From Octopus vulgaris (taxonomy: Eukaryota): 64,000 nucleotides of DNA. Below are positions 40,671 through 52,879 of the stretch, one piece after another. The notes below the pieces were generated by a model, which was given only the letters and a program-made list of their open reading frames with translations, did not search any database and was not told where the DNA came from. Positions within the stretch are counted from its first letter, which is position 1, and every line of letters begins with the position of its first letter. Where the stretch lies: assembly GCA_951406725.2 (NCBI GenBank), contig OX597814.1, positions 30,318,001 to 30,382,000 on the forward strand, read 5' to 3'. The position numbers were made by a program, and so were the translations under genes.

Positions 40671-42249
40671 AGTGTATATAAATCAAATTCACAGAAGAGC
40701 TGGATAAGTATATAATAAAAATATATACATATTTTAAAAATCGTGCAAAATACAAAACAAAAAATAAAACAACCACACGTGGTTGAGAACCTACTAGCTC
40801 GCTATGATTCTTCCCCCCCCCCCACTTATATCGGAAGTTTGAGGACCCAGATGCACTTGTAAATATTTTTAGTAGAAGTCATCCTCTTACTGCGGGCGTG
40901 ATCTTTAGTAAGATCCTGTCCCGTAGATACTCTTGGTCTACGCGCCCCACTTAACGCTTTTTCAATATATTTGTTGGTCTGTTTTTCCCTAGAGTGAACG
41001 TTAAGCAGTTCATAGTGACTAACTTGTCCCACTGTGAAGATGAGCAGCTGCGTGGGAGTGGTCCCTCCACTCTTTCAGCTTCCTCGCCTCTTCTTCCAGG
41101 ATCCTAGATACATTCTGGCTAGCCTCACCTTTTTCGGTTTCCTTTTTTAATTTTTTTTTTAACTTCCGTGACAGTGTGACATTCCTCTCCAACCTTCATT
41201 TGTTCTCCATCTTCGTAAGAACTGGCAGTCATTAGAGTGTCGGACGAAATGGCTAGTGGTATTTATTTCGGTTCCTTGCGTTTTCAATTCAGATCTTGCT
41301 GAGACCGTCTTTGTACTTCATTCTTTAGGGACCGATAAATAACATTCTCATTGTTCACCAGCAGCAGAAAACAAAGCAAAAACAAAAAAAACAAAAATGT
41401 ATTCTCAAATTGAAACAATTTTCTTTTCTTTTTTTATTTTTATTATCCGTAACAGGGAAAACTGATACAAACAGTTCCATTCCCATCACTCTCTTTAGAG
41501 GTTTTGTATTTAAAAAAATGCTTTTTCTATGTTGTTTCACTTGGCAATCCTCGATACTGCCCGACACTTTCAAAACACATATCATTTCTTTTATTGTAAA
41601 TTCCCTCGTTTATGTCTTGTAAAAAAAACAATAAACGTTTGACGGCGGACTAGAGGACAGTTAGTCCGTCAGACAAAATGTTTAACGGCATTTCGTTTGG
41701 CTCTTTACTTTTTGAGTTCAAATCCCGTCGAGCTCAATCTTGCATTTTGTTCCTTCGGGGACGTCAAAATAAAGTACCATTCAAGTACTGTATTTCAAAA
41801 CCCTCATTCCTCTGAAATTGCTGGCTTTGTGTCACAATCTGAATGATATCTTATAGAAAAGGGAAGAGGTATAATTGATTAACACTGGTAACGAAGCAGT
41901 GGACAATCCGCATTATGATATCAGGGCTATCACCTAACAAAAACAAGACAATCCAATAACAGTTTAAACAAATAATTCATAGGAAATTGACAGCTTTCAT
42001 TTTTTTTTTTACGCAGGGCTTTGACAACAAAATTTACTGCTTTTAAAGCTTGACCTTATTTTATAGAATAAACTTGGCATCGAATTTAAACAAACAAAAA
42101 ACCGCAACAAAAAACACGTAGTAAGCTAAACTTTACCGGCAATTCCACGTGATACTCAAATTAAAGATAATAAATTTGATTTTTTATGCTGATTTACATG
42201 CTTTCCAAAATGTCACTCGCAAATTTGTGTTTCAATATATTGCAAAATA

Positions 42250-43975
42250 AAGGCGATGACCTGGCAGAACTGCTTGGAAATTGAAAACAAAATTAAACTC
42301 TCCTATGGAGAGGAAAGAGCAGAGAAGGAGAAGGGAGCTGTAGAAAGCATAAAAACAAATCCAAAGGCTTTCTATAAATTTGCAAAGGAAACCGCCACAG
42401 TACAGTACAAAATCGGACCCCTGCTCCAATTGAATGGCTCACTGACAGCGGACCCCCAAAGGATAAGTGAAGTGCTCAGTGTACAATTTAAAAGTGTCTT
42501 CACCTCTCCACTGAGTCACATGCTGATAAAAAAAAAATCCAGCTGATTTCTTTGACTATGCAACCCTGCAGAAAAAGGCGGCAGCCATTACCTACATTAA
42601 CAATCAAGAGGAAGATGTAACAGCGGCCATAGACGAAACGGGCTCAAACTCAACAACCGGCTCGATGGTTTCTCAGCTGTTCTCTTAAAGTCATGTAAAC
42701 AGGAATTAGCGGGACCACTTCGGATACTCTTCCAGAGTTTTCTTGCAAGTGGTAAACTTCCCAAAAAGCTAAAAGAAGGTATCATATGCCCTATCCATAA
42801 AGGTGGGAGCAGAGCAGAGGCCAAAAACTACAGACCCATCTCTCTGACTTCACATATCAGAAAAGTCATGGAGCGAATCGTCAGAAAGAAACTGATTACA
42901 TTCCTAGAAGAAAATGACTTGCTGAACGATACTCAGCATAGCTTCCGTCCAAGCAGAAGCTGCCTCATACAGCTCTTACGGCATTATGACTGGGTTCTGA
43001 AGCAGATGCTCGACCATTTATAAATGTCATTGTGATATATCGTGACTTTGCAAAGGACTTTGACAAAGTTGATATGTTACAAATTGCGAAACCTTGCTAT
43101 AGCTACTAAACTAGGAGAGTGGTTGCATAACTTCCTAAACGATAGAAGTCAGACAGTTGCAGCCAATGGTGCAGGGGAACACAAATTTCGAGCGGTGTCC
43201 CTCAGGGAACTGTCTTAGGGCCATTACTGTTTATAGTAGCCCTCTTAGACATGCCCACAGTCACTCAGACAGCCACTGTCACTAGCTACGCCGATAATAC
43301 AAAATTACCACAGGCAATAAAGTATCCTAATGATGTCGTAAACCTGCAGAACAAATGCAATATACAAGTGGGCAGAGCAAAATAATATGCAATTTAATGC
43401 TGAAAAATTTCAAGCACTGCGCTATTAGATCACAAATGCTCCACAACCAGCATTTACAGGACCCCAATATACTGCAATTCCAGAGTCACAGACAGTGAGA
43501 TACCTGGGCATCAGTATGTGTAATTACCTTTGTCCTCGTCTGCCTAGACTACTGCTCTCAGCTGTGGTCACCACACAGTGTCAAGTTAACAACGGAGCTT
43601 GAAGCAATCCAGCGACACTTCACTAAAAAGATTGCTACATTTCAACAGATGAACTACAGGGATAGGCTGAAAGAACTACGACTCTACTCCCTAGAGCGCT
43701 GGACACAATACTGCAATAGTCTGGGTTTCAAGGGCTTGCAATTGTTCAACATCCTGCCATCCAGCCTTAGGGATCAACATTGTGTTGATGTGGATGTTTT
43801 CAAGGAAAGTCTGGACAGGTTTCTATCTGAGATACCAGATGAACCCACATCGCAACAGGATACGGAAAGAAGAGCAGCTCCGTCCAACTCGCTACTTCAC
43901 CAAAAACAATACCGGAAACAACACCAATTAACTACAGGTGGTGAACCGGCATGATCTCAGTCCGGACTGAAACCA
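42250..43975 (+). pseudogene. Decayed CR1-group LINE ORF2 (reverse transcriptase) with 3' tail
   Basis: IKTNPKAFYKF, NYRPISLTSHI, QHSFRPSRSCL, GVPQGTVLGPLLF, YADNTK and LYSLER across frameshifts and stops. Confidence 0.92.
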
Positions 43976-44414
43976 AATGCGATGCATCCATTTCCAAGTA
44001 AGTTTATCTTCACCTTTTTGATGCGACTCTCTTTTGTTTTCTTCCATCCGTCTCTAATTCCCTTTTTGTCCCCTCACTCCTTCACCGTTTTCTATCTGTC
44101 ATTCTCCCTCACTCCCCTCTTTCTCTTTTTCTCTCTCGTTGATCACACTTGACCATCGTCCATCTTTCTTTTCCTGCACGGACGTTTAAAGGAACGGATG
44201 TGTTTTCTCTCTCTCTTCTGTCTTTTCTCTTTTCAAAAAAGTGTTTCTCCCAGGGTTCACTAATTTCCTCTCATTCTGGTCTAACGACCCTCCATGTTTG
44301 TTTTTGTTTGGTTTCGTTGTATGTTTCCACTGTCATTTTTTTGTTCCCAACTTTGACCCTCTATAAATCCTAAATTTTATTTTAGAATTTATGGGACCAA
44401 CTGCCTTTGAAAAG

Positions 44415-44476
44415 TCATATTGTCGTTGAATGCTCGAAATGAGGAGTAGCTAGACAGCCGACAACTGATGAAGGGT
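44415..44476 (+). ncRNA. Candidate non-circularly permuted hammerhead ribozyme (complete copy)
   Basis: TCAT-A-TTGTCG ... GCTC-GAA-ATGA ... CGACAA-CTGATGA-A-GGGT. Stem III ATGA/TCAT, stem I CGACAA/TTGTCG, stem II GGGT/GCTC; intact core; AUA cleavage triplet. Confidence 0.6.
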
Positions 44477-44590
44477 CCTTTCTCTGCGTTTACTTGTCCT
44501 GTTTTCCATTTTTACTCGTTGTTTTTCCCTCGTCTGTTTACGAATTTCATGTTATTTGCACTGTTGGTGACATGACGTACCCATATATGC

Positions 44591-44662
<72 letters not shown>

Positions 44663-44882
44663 GAAATGAAGAAAATGCTGACAAAATAATTTAAGTAAGG
44701 GAGAGTGTATTTAATTAGGTGAAAGTTCTTTTTACCGGTTGCGCATTTGTTATAGTTATCAAAAGATATTTTGAGTGAGATAGAGTTCCTTTCTGATTGA
44801 TTTTTTTCTTAAATTATTTTGTCAGCATTTTCTTCATTTCCTTTTTTTATATATCACAACTCGTGTTCCACATCTCCTTTTT

Positions 44883-44931
<49 letters not shown>

Positions 44932-45017
44932 AGAGTTTACAAAAAAAAAACAAAGACGAAGGCAGGTGGTGTACAAAACAAACAGATGTATTAGTATAAC
45001 GCTCAGGAATAGAAAAA

Positions 45018-45058
45018 GTCTTTTATGTTTCGAGCCTACGCTCTTCTACAGAAAAGGA
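45018..45058 (-). ncRNA. Decayed minimal type-I hammerhead
   Basis: cttttCTGTAGA-A-GAGC-gtag-GCTC-GAAACATA-aaag; core A6>U and a stem III mismatch. Confidence 0.45.
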
Positions 45059-45159
45059 CACAGAAAAAGCAAGGAGAGAAACAAGGAGAGAAGAAAAAGT
45101 GTGTAGTGGCTAACGATACATACATATATACATACATACACAGATACACACACACACAG

Positions 45160-45212
<53 letters not shown>

Positions 45213-45280
45213 CATACATATATACATATACATACATATATATATATTCATACATATATATGCACATACATAATACATAC

Positions 45281-45311
<31 letters not shown>

Positions 45312-46115
45312 TGTATGTATGTATGTATGTATGTATGTATGTATACACGACAGGCTTTTCAGTTTTCGTCTATCAAACCCAACCGCAAAGCTTCGTTCGG
45401 CTCGATGCTCTAGTAGCAGACACTTGCTCAAAGTGCCACACAGTGGGACTGAACCCAGAATCATGTGGCTGGGAAGCAAACGGCTTACCATGCAGCCACA
45501 CCTGTGTGATAAGAAGTCTGCTTCCCAACCACATGGTTCCAGTTAACGTTTTTAAGGGATAAGGCATCAATATTTCGACTTGCACTAATTCATAAATCTC
45601 AAGTCTTCACTACATAATTAATTAATCAGAATTCTTTAAAGTTTTTTCTTTTGCGGATTGAATTTTGTTTACTTATTCTGATAAACAAACTAAATGTTAG
45701 TAAACAAATAATCACTCCCTGTAATATTCCTACATCCGGTTGGTGAAGCTGAAATCTTTAAGCGAAGCCACCCTCTAAGCCACCCACAAATTTCAAAATT
45801 TTGTTTATTTATCCACACTGCAGGAGTGGACAAATACCTTGTAAGTGTGATAATGAAATCATTTGAATAAGATAACATATTGTTTTGATTTAACACAGGA
45901 ATTATTTTGTGACCAGAGATCGGCAGTTGATAGGCAAAATCGGCCTTGGCTGGATTTGAATAAAATAATTAAGGACACATTTTACAAATTTGACTGAAAT
46001 TTCGAAGGAACATTTTTCAGAAGTTTTTAATTGACAAATGGATCATTAGACAGGCAGATTGAAACATAGACAGATAAATATATAGATAAATAGAGAAGAT
46101 AGAAATAGGTAGATG

Positions 46116-46976
46116 GGATCTTTTCTAAAAGATGGACAGAATTTTCTACTTAACTAAATAATTTGAAACTTCGTATACTGGTAGAATGTGTCAAAAGAAA
46201 ACATTAATTTCAATTAGTTTTTTTTGAGAAAAATGTATTTTGTAACTTTTACGTAGTTTAATTCTTCGAATTTTAACCAATCGTATTCTCTGTTTTGAGC
46301 TCAATTCATTTGCTGCCGTGTTATTCATCCTTATCACTGTCTTCTGTTTTCTGTCTTCAAAGGCTTCTCGCATGTTCATTTCAATGTCATCCCTGACTTA
46401 CGGAACTATTACCTGTGTGTGTGTGTTTTTGTTGTGTATGTGTGTGTGTGTGTGTTTGTTGTGTGTGTGTGTGTGTGCTATTGTTGTGTATGTGTGTGCG
46501 TGTGTGTGTTTGTTGTGTGTGTGTGTTATTGTTGTGTATGTGTGTGTGTGTGTGTTATTGTTGTGTATATGTGTGTGTTATTGTTGTGTATGTGTGCGTA
46601 CGTGCGTGTGTGTGTCTTTTTGTTGTCAACAAACACACACACACACACACACATACACAACAAAAACATACACACACAGGTAATAGTTCCGTAAGTCAAG
46701 GATGACATTGAAATAAACATGCGAGAAGCCTTTGAAGACAGAAAACAGAAGACAGTGATAAGGATGAATAACACGGCAGCAAATGAATTGAGCTCAAAAC
46801 AGAGAATACGATTGGTTAAAATTCGAAGAATTAAACTACGTAAAAGTTACAAAATACATTTTTCTCAAAAAAAACTAATTGAAATTAATGTTTTCTTTTG
46901 ACACATTCTACCAGTATACAAAGTTTCAAATTATTTAGTTAAGTAGAAAATTCTGTCCATCTTTTTGAAAAGATCT
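46116..46976. mobile_element. Same MITE family, full fold-back form (~330-bp arms, GT/AC-rich centre)
   Basis: Near-perfect inverted arms; TSD ggtagatg at 46108-46115 and 46977-46984. Confidence 0.92.
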
Positions 46977-47743
46977 GGTAGATGAAGAAATAGATATTTT
47001 AATTGATTAGCTATGTTATGGTCTTCCAGTCATACTGTTAAAAACGTGCAAAAACAGCTTCGTAAAACCATCAAAGATACTATTTCATACGTCACTTGAT
47101 ACAGGCGTATTTCTACAACTGCTGAAAGATTCAACAGTAACACCTATACACAAGGCAAGTAGCAGCGCTGAAGCTAAAATCTAAAGACTTGTTTCTCTCA
47201 TATCTCACACATCTAACTTTATCGAATCCATTATCTGTAAAAGAAAAATTACATGCCCTGAAGAAAACAACCTCTTTGCTGATACACAGCATGGTTTTCA
47301 GACTGGACAAAGTTGCCATTACATTGCCATCACATTATTCTCAATAATCTCTTGAAAAGAAAGGATACTGGCTGTGTATACCTTGATTTCGCTGTGGCGT
47401 TTGACAAATTTAATCATGAAATCATCTGTCATAGGATTCTGGATCTTGGTATCACAGGAAAACTCGGAGAATGGCGCTTTGACTTCCTACGCAGTAGAAA
47501 TCAATCTGCTGCTGCTAAGACACCTTTAATAAGTGGAATATTTCAGGGAACGGTTCTAGGACCATCATTATTTATCATCACCCTATCAGGTATATGATTA
47601 AAAGTGCACTCGGCCAGCCTCACAAATTACGCCGATGACATAAAAATATCAATGCTATCCAACTCCAGAAGTTAGTGTCACCCTCTAATATGAGCTAATC
47701 TTTATTTAGCAACGGGCAAATAAAAACAATATGAAATTTAATT

Positions 47744-47990
47744 CAGTAATTCCTCGACTATCGCGGGTGTTACGTTCCAGTACTCCCTGCGATAGGTGAA
47801 AATCCAGGAAGTAGAAACAGTACTGTACAGTATATCTATTATTATTATTATAAGGTTGTCCCAAAAGTTCGTAGAAAGTCTTGGAAAATAATGGTCTTTA
47901 TTTTGAGGAATAATTTTTTTTTTGTTTTTGTTAGTACTTGGCGAGTAAAAATTCAATTTTCGCAAGTGTTTACGAACTTTTGGGACAACC

Positions 47991-48045
<55 letters not shown>

Positions 48046-48153
48046 TGTATATATTTATTCTATTATAAATGCAAAACAACACCACGGAGGAATCGACGTA
48101 AGCTTAATTATTAAACCGCGATAGATGAACCGCGATATGGTGAAGGATTACTG
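47744..48153. mobile_element. pogo/Tigger-like MITE (CAGT...ACTG termini, TA target)
   Basis: TIRs cagtaattcctcgactatcgcgg / ccgcgatatggtgaaggattactg; removing it restores the LINE reading frame. Confidence 0.8.
47852..47992. mobile_element. mariner-like MITE nested in the pogo-like MITE
   Basis: TIRs aggttgtcccaaaagttcgta / tacgaacttttgggacaacct, flanked by (TAT)n. Confidence 0.8.
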
Positions 48154-49309
48154 TACATCAAAATTTCAGGTTCTTCATTATGGAGGAAATACATATTATT
48201 CACAATATTTGACATCGGATAACAATGATTCAGAGCGCTAATGACATACGGGACTTAAGAGCAATCATGTCAAATGACGCGTCTTTCACCAGCCACATCA
48301 CCAAACTGGCCTCCAAATGCAAACATAGAAAGGATTCTATGAACATTCGCGACAAAAGAACCAGTAATTATACTAACTCTATGGAAAACCCTAGATCTGA
48401 GCAGATTAGATTACAGCTTTGGTCTCCTAACATATCCGGTCTCATAGGGCTACAAGTAACGTTCACTAGTAAAATATCTTCGATTAAAAGTCTTAATTAC
48501 TGAAAGCTTTTCACCTTAACAAACTCAACTAACTTGCTGCTATAAAGTGACTACAAAAACGATAAAAGAATAAGTTAATGCAGTGCTGCAGTATAGCCGC
48601 GGTCCAACGACTGAAACCATTAAAAGAATAGAAGAAAAAATGCAAAACAGTTATATATAGAACTGAGGTATTTAAAAGCCAACGAGGGAGCGATTACATG
48701 GTAAATGAATGTGCTACAAGTAACGGCGAACTTCCTCGAAATCGTAGTTTTAAACAAAGAAATAACACATTAGATAATGAAGTCCTACATACCGCAAACA
48801 AGACGGGATGGTCTCCATTTAAATGCTTTTAGTAATAGGTATCCTTAATCGGATTGACCGCAGGTTAGAACAATAGAGGTATTAGACTTTGAAAGAGAGT
48901 TGAAAGAAGTTCTTAAAACACTTTTCCAGAACATACTGGAAAGAAAGAGAAAAACATAATTAAGTATTGCGAAATAATTTTTAAATTGTGTAAAATATAT
49001 AGCAAAAATAGACTTCTAAAAATAAGTTCAAGATTTTAGAAACAGAAAATTACATAGGCGTAGGAGTGGCTTACAAACCACATGATTCCGAGTTCAGTCC
49101 CACTGCGTGGCACCTTGGGCAAATGTCTTCTACTATAGCCTCGGGTTATAGTACTAGGCTATAGCACTACTGCAAACTATGTGGTTTGTAAGCAAGCTAC
49201 TTACCACACAGCCACTCCTGCGCTTATTTACATTATTTACATTATTTACATTTGACGGATATTTGTCCTCATCTTGTTTGTTGTTAATCCAGGTTCGAAA
49301 ATTCCCCAA

Positions 49310-49355
49310 GACACCTGATGAAGGCTAGAGGGTATATCAGCCGAAACGTTGTGTT
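49310..49355 (+). ncRNA. Minimal type-I hammerhead ribozyme (Penelope-like)
   Basis: GACAC-CTGATGA-A-GGCT..AGCC-GAAACGTT-GTGTT; palindromic AACGTT stem III; GUU triplet. Confidence 0.7.
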
Positions 49356-50323
49356 AACAACGAACAAGATGAGAACAAATAACCATCAAATGTAAATAAT
49401 GTGCATTATTTTTGCTCGCTACAGGGGTTATAATACTGCTGAGGCGGAACTAGCTCTATCTACGACTTAGTTACCTACATAATTTTACCGCATCTTAATA
49501 ATATAATTGACAATGACAAATAAGGACTATATTAACTTGGTGTGGCTCCTTTTTCTTTGTGTTATCGTCTAACTTGTGTAGACGCATGGCTCAATGGTTA
49601 CAGCGTTGGGCTCACAATCATGGAGCAGTGAGTTCGATTCACAGACCGGGCTGTGTGTTGTGTTCTTGAGCAAGACACTTTATTTCACGTTGCTCCAGTT
49701 CACTCAACTGTAAAAATGAGTTGTAACGTCACCGGTGCGAAGCTCTGTCGGCCTTTTCAGTCTGAGATTTGAGCATATAGCTTTCTTCTAAGGAAATTTA
49801 TATACCTTCTCGATATCTATTGTTATTTACTGTCATTCGAAGGGCCCATATCCCAAACCTTAGGAGTCATGTCTACTCTCGATAGAGGGATTTAAGGACC
49901 GTACTCGAAGCGGGAAATCCACTTTTCATGGTATGCGAACGACTCTTTTGGATACACCAGAACTCACTTCTCCTTACGACATACGGTAAATGTCAGGAAA
50001 CGCTGGTCCATTTGGCATATGAAATTAAAGGTTCAACCTAAAAAGTCAGAATTCATGTTTTCTGACAGCTCGATAGGATCTAAAGGTCAAATACATTTTA
50101 CAAATTCTATAAACTGAACTTTTTTCAGGGTCAGGTTATTACTATTTTTAATTTTCATCATCATCATCACCATCATCGTTGTCGTTCGTTTAAATTCTTC
50201 CGAGGTCGATTTTATTTTACGTCCTTCGGAGTCAATAAAATAAATATCAGTCCAGCAATGCGGTCAATATAATCGACTAACTCCTTCCCACTAAATGTCA
50301 GGCCTTGTACCTATAGTTGAAAG

Positions 50324-50403
<80 letters not shown>

Positions 50404-50424
50404 TCATCATCATTATTATTATTG

Positions 50425-51660
50425 CTTTCCACAGCTTCTAACGCTGGAGATGTACTACGGTGTCAGCTGTTCACTACCAGTGAACTAAGGTAACATCTCT
50501 TATTTTTCGAGCACCTTCCGGGGTATTCGAGCGGTTCCAAGAAGTGCTGTTTCTGCAAGTGCTCCACTATTATTGCAGCCCCTATTTGTTCCATGTACTT
50601 CTCAAGATTTTTGCTCACTGTTCTCAGGGCTCCGACAATTATTGGTACTACTACCACCTTTTTCATCTACCACAACTGCTTAACCTCCCAAGCTAACCTT
50701 TCATATCTATGGACTTTCCTTCCTTCCTTATCACATACGTTATTGTCAGCTGGGTATGTTATATCTATGATCCAACATAGTTTGTTTTCTTTCTCAAGAC
50801 TATGTCTGGCTTCCTATTCTCTATCTCATGGTCGCACTGAATCATAAAATCCCATAGGATCTTTGCATTATCATTTTCGAAGATGCCTTCGGGTTTATGG
50901 TCGTACCAATTTTTTTTGCTCTGTCAAGTCCATACTTGTTGCAAAGTGTGCAATGGACAAGCCTGGCTATATTGTCGTGGTGTCTCTTATATTCCTTCTG
51001 GGCTAGTGGCGTACACTGGCTGGTAATATGCCATACAGTTTCACCATTTTGTCCACAGATTCTGCAATTAATCACTTTCTGATGTGTTGTCTATTCTGTA
51101 TTTTATGTAGTTTGTTCTTAGTGCTTGCTCTTAGGCAGCACAGATTATATATCATACTTACTCAGTTTTTGGTACAGAGTTTTGCAAATTACCCAGTGAA
51201 TATATTGTGCAGCTCTATCATACCTGTTGAGATACTCTGTAGACGCAAGAAGACTGCACATGGAGACAATATGATCAATGGTTTCATTTTGTTGTTGACA
51301 TAAACGGCATGTTGGGCAGCTGCCGTTCTTTAATATGTTGGCCTGGTAGTTTCTTGTAGGTAGGCATTGATCTTGGTCTACTATGTTGAACCCTTCTATT
51401 TCTGATTTTAAGCCAGAAGCCATTAACCATTGATGGGTAAGGGCTTTGTCAACATCGGCATTATTAGTTCTCTTTGAGTATTTATCATTGAGAGTTTTTC
51501 TTTGCCACTTATCAGCAAGAATATCTAAGCAGCAGTTTTAGCACGGTTTTTCATATGCTCAGCTTTTTCTGTGCTTGTTTCTAGTACGTCTAATTCAGGA
51601 ATTTGTTGTATTTGGAATTCACTTATATATTCCTTTGCCTGTTTTGTTACTGAGTATGAT
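50425..51660 (-). pseudogene. R4/Dong-type (restriction-like endonuclease) non-LTR retrotransposon fragments, two joined 3' parts
   Basis: Two CCHC knuckles (CRLCQQQNETIDHIVSMC; CRICGQNGETVWHITSQC..YKRHHD) and VVVPIIVGAL..VSKNL; the 3' end abuts (TAA)n at 50327-50422. Confidence 0.8.
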
Positions 51661-52061
51661 GCTGCAGCGACGCAAGTCAAAAACGGCGGTTATATGACGT
51701 AATGGGCATGTTTGCCCGAACAAGTATAATTGTTAGTTTCCCATTGGTTACAATTACTGCCCTTATTTGAATTCTAAACTTTCGCCAAAGAGAAATCTTC
51801 CACGAAATACGGTTCTTAGAATTCAGGTATGAATAGTTATAAAAACCCTGATTTTTGGGAAATTAATCAGTGTTCGTTGGTTGTCCCTTATTTCCACGAC
51901 ATTCCTCCTTTGAGATGTTAGCTATTTTTATGCCATGTCTATATCTAATTCCAAGACTATTTTGAATTGTGTAAAACTCTAGTGGCTTAGTATGGAAGAT
52001 TAGTTATTATAAATTTTATGTCGTAATCCTCTACGACAGTTTTCTTTTGATTTATAAATGT

Positions 52062-52475
52062 ACTCTCTTTACTCTCTTTTATTTGTTTCAGTCATTTGAC
52101 TGCGGCCATGCTGGAGCACCGCCTTTAGTCGAGCAAATCGACCCCGGGACTTATTCTTTATAAGCCTAGTACTTATTCTATCGGTCTCTTTGCCGAACCG
52201 CTAAGTTACGGGGACGTAAACACACCAGTATCGGTTGTCAAGCAATGCTAGGGGGGCCAAACACACACACACAAACACACAAACACACACACACACACAT
52301 ATATATATATACGACAGGCTTCTTTCAGTTTCCGTCTACCAAATCCACTCACAAGGCATTGGTCGGCCCGGGGCTATAGCAGAAGACACTTGCCCAAGAT
52401 GCCACGCAGTGGAACTGAACCCGGAACCATGTGGTTGGTTAGCAAGCTACTTACCACTCAGCCACTCCTGCGCCT
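52062..52475 (-). mobile_element. SINE family A, full length
   Basis: Matches the family consensus. Confidence 0.9.
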
Positions 52476-52806
52476 ATAATACTTATAATTAAGTTATAAG
52501 TGATGGGTTTATCACCATAGATTCCTTCTCAAGAAACAAAAAATATTTATAATCTTTCCAAGTCAAAAACATTATAAACCAGATAATCTCAGCCCGTTAT
52601 AAACTAGATATAACACACTTATAAAAGTGGTACCATTCACCGTTATAATGCTTTCCTGTTTTCATGTTTTGAGACAAGTTTTAACATCCAGTCTTCAGAG
52701 TTTTTCAGGTAGGTGTCTAGGCCAACTGTGGCAATCTTCATTGTTAATTCCAATTGTAAAAGTCCACGGCCTCCCCCTTTTCTTGGCAGATAAAGTCGTT
52801 CTATAC

Positions 52807-52879
<73 letters not shown>

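Larger units (their letters stand above)
47170..48505 (+). pseudogene. Decayed CR1-group LINE RT fragment interrupted by nested MITEs
   Basis: YLDFAVAFDKFNH, QGTVLGPSLFII, YADD, NNMKFN|TSKFQVLHYG and IRDL motifs. Confidence 0.85.
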
